Of a stretch of DNA of 64,000 nucleotides, positions 25,769 to 39,042 are shown in pieces; the stretch's first letter is position 1; every line of letters starts with the position of its first letter. Source of the DNA: Mytilus edulis (lineage: Eukaryota). A program made the position numbers and the translations under genes. Below the pieces are notes generated by a model that saw nothing but the letters and a program-made list of their open reading frames with translations, ran no database searches and was not told the DNA's origin. The stretch spans positions 80,786,001 through 80,850,000 of the forward strand of contig NC_092351.1 in NCBI RefSeq assembly GCF_963676685.1, in the 5' to 3' direction.

Positions 25769-27760
25769 AATTATGGTTGTCGTTTGTTGATGTATTACAC
25801 ATTTATTTCGTTCATTATTTTGTACATAAATCTAGCAGTTAATTTTTCTCGTTTTGATGGTTTAACATTTGTCATTTTAAGGTCTTTTATAGCTGACTAT
25901 GTAGTTTGGATTTTGCGCATTTTTCGAGGCCACACTGCACCTATAACTAATACTATTTTGTGTCATTTTCTCTCTTGGTCAGGGTTGTCTCATGGCAATC
26001 CTACTTTTTTAATTTATGTATAACTTTGCTGATTTAATAACAATATCGATCAAGACATGAAAAATATTTAAGTAACAGTTAAAGCAAGTAACACGTTTAA
26101 GAATATTTGCTGATTCAGTAAATATTAAGACAGACAATCAACATATGTTACTAATCGATGATATAAACCACGCAGAAAATTCACCAATCCCTTTATTTTA
26201 ACTTGTTATTTAAGTAGCCACTTTATTAAAAATTGTATCTTTCTATCAGTAGGTCTTCTTTTACACATTGTGGTAAGTTTTTCAATATTTTTATACAAAC
26301 AGTATTCTTGTTATCTGAATATGTTCAATAAAATGAAAAGGGTATTACAGTGAATAATGGCTAAACCGAACCCTGTATAAATCGAAAACCTGAAAAAACC
26401 ATGTTTTAAACACCAACGGTGTGTGTTTCTGAATCTGATAAAACAGAACATCGGCCAAAACCAAACGAATTCTTAAGCTCAGAAGAAGTTCGGTTTAGAA
26501 GGCTTTACTCTAACAGAGTATTCCATTAGATAAAGTTAAGCTCAGTCAAATATGCAAGTAATTTAATTAAAATATAAAAATCTTACTTTACTTAAACAAT
26601 TTACCAAAAGTTGCTTATTCGTTAAATTTTATGTAATCTTTTTACCTGACATTAGTCTATTTGTTGTTTCCATGGTCTGAGCATGATAGACTGATGTCTT
26701 TTGTCGAATAACACCCTTTTTATACTCTCTATATAATAATCATACAGTACACTGTTAGTATTCAAATCAAACAAACAACAAACTTAATTAATAGGCAGAA
26801 ATAATTTTAGAGTTTGACAAGACACACAGACATTCGAACACCGAACAGACTAAAATACAAACCTTGCTAGCGATGAAAAATCATTGTAAAGTCACAAGTC
26901 ATATTTAAGTGTACTGAAATTTGAAATCAGCTACGTTAGCCATACGACATTATTTTTTACAGCCTAGTAACAAATATATATTATGAATTAGTTAGTCCAT
27001 TGTCAAGCACTAATCAGGTTCTGTTACATTTCTGTTATAGAATAACTTCTTTGAAATATTGTATGTTGATATTCCACAACACATTCTTTTCTTGGCATTA
27101 CGATATTAGGAACTAGTAATTAAATTTTATCTTACAATACGTCATACCAAATTTGTAAATGTTCGGATGTTTTCTTACCCCTGAACTAGACTGATCCTGT
27201 TGAATTTCTAACACGTTTTTGCTAAATAAAACTGTAATCCTTATAAACAACTATGACACTTAAAATTGAAAATCACAAAGAACAAAATTTAAAACCAAAC
27301 AAATCAATACGAATCCCTAACAAAAATAATTAAAAAACAATTGTTTGACAGTCCGATTACCCACTTCCAATTTTAACTCATAAAAAGTGAACTACAGTGG
27401 TATTGGTAGTTAATGCTCGTTATCAATATATTTTTAAAGCAAAACTAAAATCCACTGCAATGCTTACACGTCAATGTGCTTTCATACATCATCCAAACCC
27501 TTATATTGGTAAGTTAGGACTTTGGTTTAAAAACTGTTACAAGTTTTTGGAACTTCAAATCGGCAATCAAAATATAACATTTAATACATACATGCTCACT
27601 TCGCTGACTTCAGGTTTGCGGTTCTTTCTAAATTATGCCATATTTGTAGACGAAACGCGCATCTGGCGCAAATATAAATTTCAATCCTGTATCGATAATG
27701 AGTTTATTTCTAAATAACTTGGAATATAAATTCATATAGACGAGTTTTCATTTCAGAATT

Positions 27761-30700
27761 ATGATGAAGAATTGTTGTTTGATTGTTTTCATCTTTTGCA
27801 CAATTGATGTGTCAAATGGCGGCAGTAAGTATCCTGTATCTTTAAAACGCTGTAGTGAAGATTAAAGATTAGGCTGCCTGACTCTCTCATAATATTAAAA
27901 GTACGATCCTTTAACTCTGATCAAACGTTCTGCATTCGGGAGCTAAAATGAGACAGACAGAGTTAAAACCTTTTTATGTCACAGATATTCAATCATGTTA
28001 ACAAAATTATCTACAATTTGTTTTTATAGTTATTTGGGGATACACACCTTCAGTTTACAACGATAATATCATTACTTTCGTCGAGCTACAGAGCTGTACA
28101 AAACTGTTCAACACTACTTTCCTAGGTTAACCTAACAACAATAACAAAAAAAACTGTTTTTAAGAAGAACAAGTTTTAAATTTTCTAAGCAGAGTTACGA
28201 GCATCTCGAGCAAATTGCGAAAATTTTATTCATGAGAAATCATACTGCAACAACAATATATATATAGACCTTTTCTTAAAATTAACAAAATTCTTCATTG
28301 TGTCCTATATTCAACATGGTTAAGCAAATCAATTTGAGAAATAAACTATGACTTTATATTTATATCCTGATTGTGTAATGTTAATGTATATATATCAAAG
28401 TAAATCATGCTATATTGTATCGGAGTACTGTACTATTCAGTTCTTTCTGGGATATGCCTCGCCTCCAATGGTACCTGTGGAAAGAAAGGTGTTCCATGTA
28501 ATGAGACATTCGGGTCTGAATGGACGTACAACGGAAAATGCTGCAATGGCAAACCATGTTGCAAACGTAAGTAGACAAATAAAGCAGGCAGTAGTGTTTG
28601 TCACTGTTGATCAAATCGAATGAATGCAAAGGAATTTCATAGACATAGATAGTTATATTTGGACAAAAAAAAAAGAAACATGGAACAGTTTTCATTCCTT
28701 TTTTGAAATATTTTTCGCTCAACAACGACGATGATGGCGTTTTGTACAACCAACAAAGACAAAACATTTAAGTATGACATGTTTGTACTTAAAATATCAC
28801 ATTAGCAATATTCTAGTCGAAAAAAAGCAATTAATTAAAGTTGTTTCAGCTGCCATTTTGTCCTTGAAGATTTCGTAATGTTTCAGATTTTGATACTGGA
28901 TGTCTCATCTACTCACTGCTTAAATTAACAAATTGAAAGTAGGCACTCACTCCACTAGTATTTCAGTAGAATATTATAAATATATTGGAATGTATTGTGT
29001 AAAGAGCAAATGTATAAACGTCATTGCCTATACCAAGACAGGTGTACGACAGTTGTAATCATTTCAATTGATGTGTTTGGGCTTTTGATTCTTTTCTGTA
29101 GACTTTTCCTCGGAGTTCAGTATTTTTGTGATACTTGGATTAGAAGACACATCTCCTTTAAAACTCTTTTAGTTTATCACATAGAACTTGCATTCTTCTG
29201 TATAATTTGATTATTTACTTATATAATGTGTACCCTTATTGTAATGAGGTTTTAATTTTGATTGTTATATTTAATATCTTCATAGAAAAAAGCATAACAC
29301 ATTGTTTCTAACTTTGCAATAAATGATTTTTTGTACACCAACATTAAGAACAGTTTTAATTATTGTTTCTTTTTAATTTTGTACAATGTAAGAAGAAATA
29401 ACCCGTCCAAAATCAAAGTAATAGATTCCATTTGTTTCCTTTTGTGAAATCAAGTTTAAAAATATCGTTATCACCCATTTCTAAATCAGCATAAAGGTCA
29501 AAAGGAAACAACTGTATTTCTTCGCTGGAATTCGCTATGTGCCTTGATTGCAATATGCAAAATTAAAAAGAACATCACAACTAAGGTATTCTGTTTCTTT
29601 ACAAATTATTTTAACGACAAAAGAGTATTCCACTGCAATAATTGTACCCTTTAAAAACTTAAACTTTACACATAAATCTGATATTTACTTGCAACGTAAG
29701 TATTGCCCTTCCGTCTTTCTTTCTTCTCTGTTTTTCTTTTGTTCTTATATTCATTTTATTTATTTAAATCTCATTAATGGGGCTTATGTTTCATAAACAG
29801 ATGTGAACAAAAACATGTCTATGCATTAATTGCACAACAAGATTGTCTGTTGTGGAGAGTGGTTTTATTGCCAATCATTCCAAAGAAATACCTGTATAAT
29901 CTGTATTTCAATATCTCTATATTATGTTTGTTTCATTCAAAATTTCAAAATGAAGGAATATATTTTCCACATGCAAAGCTTTGATTCTTTGTCCAGCTTT
30001 GGCTATATGTTTGTATCCTTTTTTGGTTGATAGCTCTTCATGTCTTTAATTAGCTTTCGTTTTACAAATATTTTGGCCTCGAGCATCACTAACGAGACAT
30101 TGATTGTCGAAATGCGCATCTGGTGCAGACATTTGGTATCGTTTATGTTTAAATGACGTTCTGCAACATTTGATCAAAGTAATTTATTCATTACGTTATT
30201 ATAATTACGCCATCGCTTCATCTGTTTATGTTTTAATTGCGATTACGGATCAAATTTAACCAAATTGATTTTTAGTGTTAAAAGCGCCATGTGTTCCGGA
30301 AACTTGTCCAAAGGGGTTCGTTCTTTTAGCAAACCAGACAAATAGTGCTGATTGTTATTTCTATAGTCGTCGTAGTACTGAATTGTGGGAGAAAGCCAAG
30401 GTGAGTATGTTAATTAATCACTATTAATCTGTAGGAAGAAAGTAAAATTAATTAAGATATTTTTTATGTACTTATCCAGTGACATTACAGAATTCTTTAT
30501 CACTGACTTAAGTAATTTACTACGTTATCTCTACATTATAAGCGTAATGAAAGATTACCCAAGGCTCCGCGTTGAAGACCGTACTTTAACCTATAATAAT
30601 GGTTAACATTTTTTTAAAGTTTTTTTTTTAACTTGGATTGATAGTTGTCTCATTGGCACTCATACCACATCTTCTTCTATCTATTTCAACTCCAGAATCA

Positions 30701-33700
30701 ACAATTTTTCTACAGGTTACCTTCTCTGTGGTGGAACATCCTGGTACTCGGTCAAGCAAGAGCTAAAATATCAATCTGCACAATTTTGAGGGAAAGTTTT
30801 CTGTAAAATGCTTTCTATACACGACGCGGAAAACAGTAATCTGTCCCCCAAAGTTGCACCGATTGTATATTTGATTTTACTTCTTTTGGCTAATTTTGTG
30901 GTTTATCTTTACCCACTAAATCAACGAAACTTGGTATCAACAAATATTAATGAATCAACGGTATTAAGAACAAACAAATTTAGTGACCGAAATGTAAAAT
31001 TTAAATGAGTGTTATCTTACTAAATTTCAGTTGATTTGTGCCAGTACACCAGGTGCCTATCTGTGGAGACCGAACACTATACAAGAAGCCAATGATGTTA
31101 GAGATCAAATCTGTAAGTTGAGAATATAACATTAATTCTGTGTGAATGAAGTTATTCAGTAATTACGTATTACAAAACAATCAACAAATCAATAAAATTC
31201 GTGTGAACGAACTTAATCCTCTATAATCCATTATAACGTATTTGAAAAAATATGACAACGAATATAATCTGTTATTAAGATATACTAAAAACTGTTATAA
31301 CTAGTCCCACAATATTGTCATGACAAATTTTAGCTGTGATAACAATTTTTCCACTTCGTAATAACAATTTTAATTCGTGATTTTGACTTTATCGAAAAAC
31401 TAGGGAAGTTTTTATAATGCAGAAGCGTTAGGGAAAAAAAGACCTTTACAGAACAGCAAATTCACCTAAAGTTGCCTTTGCCTGATTAAATATTAACTAC
31501 TGTGGTTCAATTATTTTCGTGGGGACCAATTTTCATGGATTAAGGAAAACGTACATTTTCGTGAATATTTAATTTCGTGGTTTTGATGGAATATGCATAC
31601 ACGTTTATTGGAAATATGTAATTCGTTGAACTTTTAATTCCTTGGTTTCACTTTTACACACGTTATCCACGATAATTTGGATTCAACGAATAATTATGAA
31701 TCCGCAGTAATTTCATTTGTTCAATTTTAAGTCTTCATATCAATGAAGCAAATGTAAATATAAAATAGAAAATGTGGTATGATTGTCAATGAGACAATTC
31801 TATGAAAGAGACCAAATGACACATAAATTAATGATATAGGTCACCGTACGGCCTTCAACAATGATAAAAGCCCCCGAAACGACAAATGTAAGAAAGGTAT
31901 TAAATATTTGATATATGCTACCTACTTTTGCCTAAATTTACCATTATCATTAGGAATGAGGAACTATCAATTATCAATAGTTCAATATTAGAGGAGTGTG
32001 TTTACCAAATGAACATACACATACACAAACTATACTAAACAATCTGATTGAGTTGAAGCCCTTGTGAAATAAAAAATCAGTTGATTTTATGATAAAAAAT
32101 TTAACATGTTCATCTGTTTTGTTTCTATCAGCTGTTTAATGTTTGCCTTGTGTTTTGAATTTTTGATAATATAACTTCGATTATTTCCATTTGGTGCAGT
32201 AAACATTGCATCGTGCAAATAATTAATCGTATCATACAAAAACATCAATTCTCACATCATGTGAACAAATTTCATTATTTTCGCAGTACTTTAGTATTTA
32301 AAAAATTAAATCACACGTTCTTAAAAACATAGTTCACAGTACAAATAGTTTGCAATTCTACAAGAGTTGACTGAATAATAGAACTTGCAAAAGATAAGGC
32401 CACTTCTTTAATTGAAATTGAGTTTTATTTTGTTAAATATATATGTATGGGTATCTGTCTAAGTCGTTGAATTATAGTAATTTCATTCCCCGATTTCTTA
32501 CCCTTACAAAACCCATTTTGTACCATGATTATTTCGTACGATGACCAGTTCATACCTCAACGAATATTTATATGTTAATCATTTTGTACCTTTTGGAAGA
32601 TTTATACGAATGAAATTTTATAATTCTTTGAATATTTATATGCAAACCATTTCGTGTTTCACGAAAGAGACTTATGTTTGCTATTTCATACGCAATGGAA
32701 TATATCTATGTTTACCATTTCCTGTCAAGTGCAGATTTATATGTGTGCCATTTCGTACAGGACGGAAGATATGTATGACAATGGTCGTATAAGGTGCAAA
32801 TCATTTTTCAAACATATATATTCATGGCTTTCTTCTTTGATTAAGGAGGTAAAACTTTGTCCAGGGAGATAACTCTTTAAATCAGTTAAGCGTTTGTAAA
32901 AGTCAAGTTCATCAATTTATTTTAAGCATTTACCTGAAACAGATTGAAAATAATCTATGTAACCTAGAAGCTTAGAATATATTTTTGAAAATGGTTGACA
33001 CAAACGTACTGATGATTTTAAGAGTTATTTCCCTTAACCTAGGTCTACCTCCTTAATTATTTCACTGTATTTTATGATATTGTTCACGATAAAGCAGCTG
33101 TTGAAAACTATAAAAATTATTCAGAAAAAAATTCCTTTGTTAATTAACCTCATTTTCAAAAAATATTCATAAAAAATGTAAATTGGTTAAGGATAGCCCC
33201 TTCAAACAAAACAAAGTACATAAAAAAATATCCAAGTTTCTATGTATTGACTAATTCAACGAATTATAGCTCTTTTTATTGTAAGGTACATTGTTATATT
33301 GATTTATAAAAAATCCACTTTCTGGCTGTTTAAATTCTTACTCAAGAAAAGAATTTATCTTTGCTTATGTAGATTAGGTTCGTTGTATTTTAGTATCGAA
33401 GCGATTTTAGAAACATATATGTAACTTAGTCAATGTTAAAAAACCGTTTCATTTGATATGTTTATTTTATATTTATATTTTCCATATTTACAAAACTAAC
33501 TTTTATTACGACAAACATTTTTTTTAAATCTGTTCCTATATGGTTACGCGTCATAACATTTTACATCGTTGTAACTTATGTGTGTTGTTTCCTTCAACCT
33601 CAACAGTATTAATTTATCTTGTTTCTTTGAAAAATTCCAGTCAGGAATATGGGAGTTGTTTCCCATTAGTTTCGCTAAGTATTAAGTTTATCAAGTTTTA

Positions 33701-33908
33701 AGGACGTTTTTAAAATATTTCATTGGAGTTGGTATTTATGTTCATACTTTATTTTTATTCTACTGATTTTCAATTTTACATTTAATTCTTTTTACAGTCC
33801 GTACAAGAGTTGTATGGACTGGTGCAAATGATAGAGACAAGGATGGGAACTATATATTTGACATAGAAAATAGTCCATTTTCAAAAACATCTGTCCCATT
33901 TGGATCAG
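27761..33908 (+). CDS. Secreted protein: signal peptide + defensin-like Cys module + C-type lectin domain. Exons 27761-27824, 28441-28566, 30276(or 30285)-30400, 31031-31112, 33798-33908; last exon not found.
   Basis: All GT-AG introns are phase-compatible (1,1,0,1) with no stops. CTLD motifs CPKGF, CYFYS..W.KA..IC..GAYL and WTGAND..DG.Y.F. Confidence 0.8.
30083..30126 (+). ncRNA. Degenerate type I hammerhead of a second family (intronic)
   Basis: GCAUCA CUAACGA GACA-uugau-UGUC GAAA UGCGCA UC UGGUGC. The core CUGA is changed to CUAA, so it is probably inactive. Confidence 0.6.
31498..31709. mobile_element. Tc1/mariner-type MITE (TA-flanked)
   Basis: TACTGTGGTTCAATTATTTTCGT...ACGAATAATTATGAATCCGCAGTA inverted termini. 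Confidence 0.55.
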
Positions 33909-34689
33909 GTAAATTTGACGTACTTAGTATAATTCATTTACAGTTTATACACCATACGTCAATGAGACAGTAAATATATATATATAAATGTATATATAAA
34001 ATTTTTTTAGAACAAAATCAATAGACTAATAAGGATCAGCACTTTTACATTAGGTATTATATAACAGATAAAACAATAAAAATATTTTTTACGAATTGGA
34101 CTACAGAACGGGTATTTACTTACATTTAAAACCCGTCGGTGGCCACTATTTGAGCAGATTTTTTTACACTTCCAGAGCACCTGATATCACTTCTATCTTT
34201 TATATGTTGTATTTCGTATACTGCTGATTTCTTTCAGTTAAATTTCGTTTTTTTCCCATGGCGTTGTCAATAGATATAAGAAGTTGTGGTATGAGTGCCA
34301 ATGATACAACTCTCCATCAAAGTCTCAAAATGTGTTAAAGTAAATCATTATAGGTCAAAGTACGGTCTTCAACACGGAGCCTTTGCTCACACCGAACAGC
34401 AAGCAATAAAGTTTGTTTTCGACTAATGGGTATGCAATTCGATCGCTTTTGTATATTTTGCATGTTTTTTAATACAATCTAAATATGATTTAACTCTAAA
34501 AATGGTATCGAAGAAGACAATTTTTAGGACTAGTGCAAACAATTGCAGCATTTACACTGATGTCCATATAGTTCAATATATCGACGTGTCGCTTTAAAAT
34601 ACACTATCACGTAATATAACCGTGGGCTCATTTAAAAATAAATTTAAAAAAAATATACCATAGACAAAAAGTAATTACTTTAAATTAGA

Positions 34690-35451
34690 CTAGAACACAC
34701 CCGTGATATCGCGGGTCCGTGACTGAATTAAAGTATATAACTATGCGCAAGCCTTATTTTAGTATTAGTATTGTCATCTGATATAGTCATGCCGATTATA
34801 AGATACACAGTTTTCTCTGCTTTAAAATATTTCTGTTTGAACCCGTCGAACTGGAACTTATCAATTATTCGTAATATTAATTATTTGGAAAACAAAAGGT
34901 CCTGGAATGGAGCATTTTTTAATCAAAAGCATTGTCCTATATTAGTTATAAATTAAGCTGAATTCTTTGATTCGCTGTTTTACGTCTTGCCCGCTAACAA
35001 ATTGAAAACTGTACCTATACGCCTTATTTTTAGTCCAGATTTTTAGTATTCGTATTTTTTCTTAGAAAGTCTTACTGATTAAAATACTACAATAGGTAAC
35101 CATTTGACAATTTAGTAGTGTCAATCCTGTGGTTATGACCCGTGTATATCATGTATATAGCTTATTAATCCTGAATATACCGTTTGGTGGTGCGCCTGTC
35201 AGATGCAGAACGTACATATAAGGTAATCGGTAACAGGTGAATATACTATTGGTATCGGTATCGGACTCGACCCGGAACCTCTTAATTATTGGCAATATTA
35301 ATTACGTGGAAAACAAAAGGACCTGGAGTGGTGTAATTTTTAATCTACACCTTTGTACTATATAAGTTATATATAAAGTTGAATTCTTTGATTCGTCGTT
35401 TTTACGTGATGACGGCTGGCAAATTGGACCTCGTAATTTTAGTATTATAGA
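34690..35451 (-). mobile_element. Non-autonomous Helitron
   Basis: Minus strand reads A|TCTATAATAC...CTAG|T, with the subterminal hairpin ACCCGCGATATCACGGGT. Insertion is between A and T with no TSD. Confidence 0.8.
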
Positions 35452-37019
35452 TGGGTACTGTTCAATGACATTACATTTCAGAATATGTTTCCCATAAAAA
35501 AATTTAAAAAAAATTCGAGGTAAATTATCGGTAACCAAATATTATCCTTTAATTTGCCGTTTCAGATTCTAATACTTCTTGGTAATATTTTCCAAAGTGT
35601 ACACAAAGCGTCTTGATTGGTTAAAAACGTCATAAACAGTTGAAATTCAACCAATGACGTGACGTTATTTCCAAGAAAAAATTATAACAGTTATTCTTTT
35701 TATAATTCGGAAGATAGTTATCGGAGAAAGCATCGGGTTCAATGGCACTTGAAAAGATATCGGTGACTATTGTGGATAGAGATATTCTTTCATCATTTGT
35801 AGAAAAATATTCGAATATAACAGTGCCTCTAGACATTAAGGAACAATTTGTTTATGAGATTATGAAACAGCAGATAGATCTTCCACAAGACGAGGCAGCG
35901 TATACATTGAAGCTGTATTTTTTTTTACTTGATAGGAGGATTGACGAAATAAATATTTGTTTAATTTTTTCAGGCCTTTTTCGTAATGAGGCTGAGTTAG
36001 TGTATGTGGATATTCAGTATGACTATAATTTCGCCACGTGGTTATGGAAAAATCAGAATTATAATTATCGTAATAGCTACCTATGCGAGTATCAACGAGT
36101 AAGTATACTCCTTCGTTTAGCCTTTAATTAGAAATATTATAAACCCTTCGAAATTTTAATATATAACTACTAGTACAACATCATCATGAATCATGAAAAC
36201 TTAAGGTTAGTCTCGCCTGGTATTCGGTAGTATGTCTTTTTTAGAAATAAAGTATTCATACTCGTATTCGTACAAGGGATTCTTGCCAAAAAAAACCTGG
36301 TTAAGAGCACATTTCTGAAGCCGTACGTACGAGGGAAAAATGTTAACCTCGAAACCGCTATTTTTGGCAAATGCCCCTTGTTAGCATGATTTAATTGTTT
36401 AATTCTAACGAATGCTCTTTGTATCCATTTTGACCTCGGAATGTTTATTGTAATCAGGTATCCTATGAAAAGTCTAGCCGAGGTTTCAGAATTCGCGTTA
36501 TCTTAAGACATGGTACTTCCCATATGCTGTGGTAGTTGCTAGCCAATACTTCAGCAAATGGAAGTCCCTTGTTAAAAATACACCAACAGAGAAAAGAATA
36601 TTTCAATATATAGGAAATTGGTGAAAAATATCATATTTCTCATCAAATCAAAATACAGCATTACTACATAAGACAGAACTGTATGCAATAAAAGACTCAT
36701 ATCTTGAATTTGTTCTTGTACATTTGAACAAATATCTTAACCTCATTTGTATTGTAAACACTGTTATAAATAATCCGATAACATGTAGTACAGTCAATGT
36801 CGAGTGTTGTTCATTAGTAACACCTTTGTACGAAAATGTCATCATTGCCCGACGCGGTCAATAATTGTGGATTGCGTACCAAACTCAAGAATATCTTTCT
36901 TGTCTTGTATTGGCTTTAGTGTATCATTTTTTTTAAATTGATAAAGGACATTGTAATTCTAAAGCAAACATATGCCTCTTAAATACATTGTCACTTTTAA
37001 TTACATCTTTTTGGGCATA

Positions 37020-37224
37020 TCGGGATGGCTAGATTTTTTTATTGGTAGAGGAAGCTGTAGTGCCAGAAGAAAACTACCGACCTTCGATAGAAAAAAACTG
37101 ACAATTATAGTCAATTAGAATTGAAGTCAAGTGCACCCGCACGAGCCATGTTTGATTCACAACTTCGGTGTTGACTGGCTAGGGACTATAGTAGTTACTA
37201 TTTATACACTCGACCACCGAGGCC
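37020..37224 (-). mobile_element. Degenerate tRNA-derived SINE
   Basis: Head GGCCTCGGTGGTCGAGTG and a conserved-domain-like GGTAGTTTTCTTCTGGCACTACAGCTTCCTCTACCAATAAAA. Confidence 0.5.
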
Positions 37225-37747
37225 TCACATGCGCAATAGAAGAACGATTGTAAATGTAAAAAAAGAATATGATAACAAATTTTAGAAAATTAACATTTTG
37301 GTTTATATTTATCATTGAATTTTATAATTTCTAACACATCGACTATCTTAAACTAACAATTGACCATCAATTTTCCCGTCACCTTTGAGAGAATATTGAG
37401 ACAATAAAGCTGTTCCATTTAACATTTTACAATGTATAGATGCGAGTTTATCGCTGCATTGAAGACCCATTGGTTGACTTTGGCTGTTGTCTGCTATATG
37501 GTGGGGTTGTTGTTTTCTTGACACATTCCCTATTTCCACTCTCGATTTTATAGAAATTGACAAAAGTAAAAGAGCCAAATATAACAACTGTTGAAACATC
37601 ATCACATCGAAGAAATCAAGAATATCAGTTTCACAGGTTTTACAGATTTCCAATTACATTCATATGACTTGAATGTGTGTAAATAAAGTAATGATGGTTT
37701 TTACATGATGCATAACAATTTAAATCAATACAATGTTCCGTATAACT

Positions 37748-38198
37748 ATATCCCCACTTGAAGGAAACTGGGGGTATACTGTTTACTTCTGTCTGTTCGT
37801 CCGACCATCCATCCATCCGACAGTCCGTCCATCGAATGGATATTTTTATTCGCATCTTTCTCAGAAACTACAATACTAGGATTTCTACAATTTGATTTGA
37901 GGGTTTATATAAGTCAGCTATACCGTGTGATTGGCTTTAAGATTCATACCTTAACAACTTCCTGTTTACCAAACACTTATATCATTTTACACATGGTAGC
38001 CAAATTGAAAATTGCCATCACGCTATTCTCAGGAACTACACTACAATGATTTCTGAAATTTGGTTTCAGGATTTATTTAAGTTAGTTGTACTGTGGTGTG
38101 CGTTTTCAGTTTCATCACTTAACAACTTCCTGTTGAACGAATGTTTTAAGAGGACGGGTGTATCATTAGTGAGCAATAGCGCACATAATCACTTGTTG
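37748..38198 (+). mobile_element. Helentron/DINE-like non-autonomous element
   Basis: 5' inverted repeat (CCCCAC..GGGGGTATA), TCCG/TCCA microsatellite, two ~180-bp core repeats. Confidence 0.55.
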
Positions 38199-38726
38199 AC
38201 AAATATTTTCTAACCTATACAAATATATACAAAAATGTAGCATGATATATCAATTTTTAATTCAGATAGTAGTTATATTTTTTTGTGTCTGTTAATCATG
38301 TTAATTTATAATATTGTGTTTTTCAGAGAGTGTGTCCGTAGAGAGGATGTATGCCATTGCAGGACTTGATGCAATAAAATCGTTAAAGCAGATATTTTTT
38401 TGTTTTAAAAATAAAAAAGAAAGAATAAAACAATGCTTCACAAAGACTGTTTGAAGAACGCCCCCTTCCCCCTAAAGAAATTACAAAATTAACAAAACAA
38501 AAAGAATCAACTATGAGAGTGATCAGTTTCTTTTCTACTATTGCATTGGTTGGTATGGTCATGCCATGCATGCAGATGTGAGTGTTTCAATAGTACGTCG
38601 ACTTCAGCTTGATATCAAACACCTTGACTTAATTTAAATTGTCTCGTTTAATTTTCATAACATTTTGACAAAATATTTACTTTGACACTTTGTCAAAAAT
38701 AAGAAAAAAATTCAAAAAGCTTGATT

Positions 38727-39042
38727 GTTATCAAAGGCACCAGACTTTAATACGCTAGACACGCGTTTCGTCTACATGAGACGCATCAGTGATGTTCAGA
38801 TCAAAATAGTATAAAGCCAAACAAGTAAAAAGTTGAGGAGCATTGAGGACCCTAAATTCCAAAACGTTATGCCAAATGCTAAGGTAATCTATGCCTGGGA
38901 TTAGAAAATCCTTAGTAGTTCGAAAAGTTAATAATTTTGTAAACAGAAAATTTATAAAATGACAATATAATTGATATTCATGTCAACACCGAAGTGCTGA
39001 CTACTGAGCTGATGATACCCTCGGGGACGAAACGTCAACCAG
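38727..39042 (-). mobile_element. Decayed retrozyme monomer (hammerhead 38752-38795, core mutated)
   Basis: Similar to the 355-bp unit; CUGAUGC instead of CUGAUGA. Confidence 0.75.

Noticed and set aside
27640-27670. Hammerhead half (AGACGAAACGCGCATCTGGCG); similar trace near 58590
   Set aside because: The CUGAnGA half is missing, so these are decayed relics
28348-28767. 91-aa and 120-aa ORFs in the track
   Set aside because: Wrong frame or strand; the coding exon is 28441-28566 in another frame
38327-38577. Exon-like segment (acceptor 38326, donor 38578; ECVRREDVCHCRT* or signal-like MRVISFFSTIALVGMVMPCMQ)
   Set aside because: No consistent frame or partner exons, and no CTLD motifs to link it to the lectin gene
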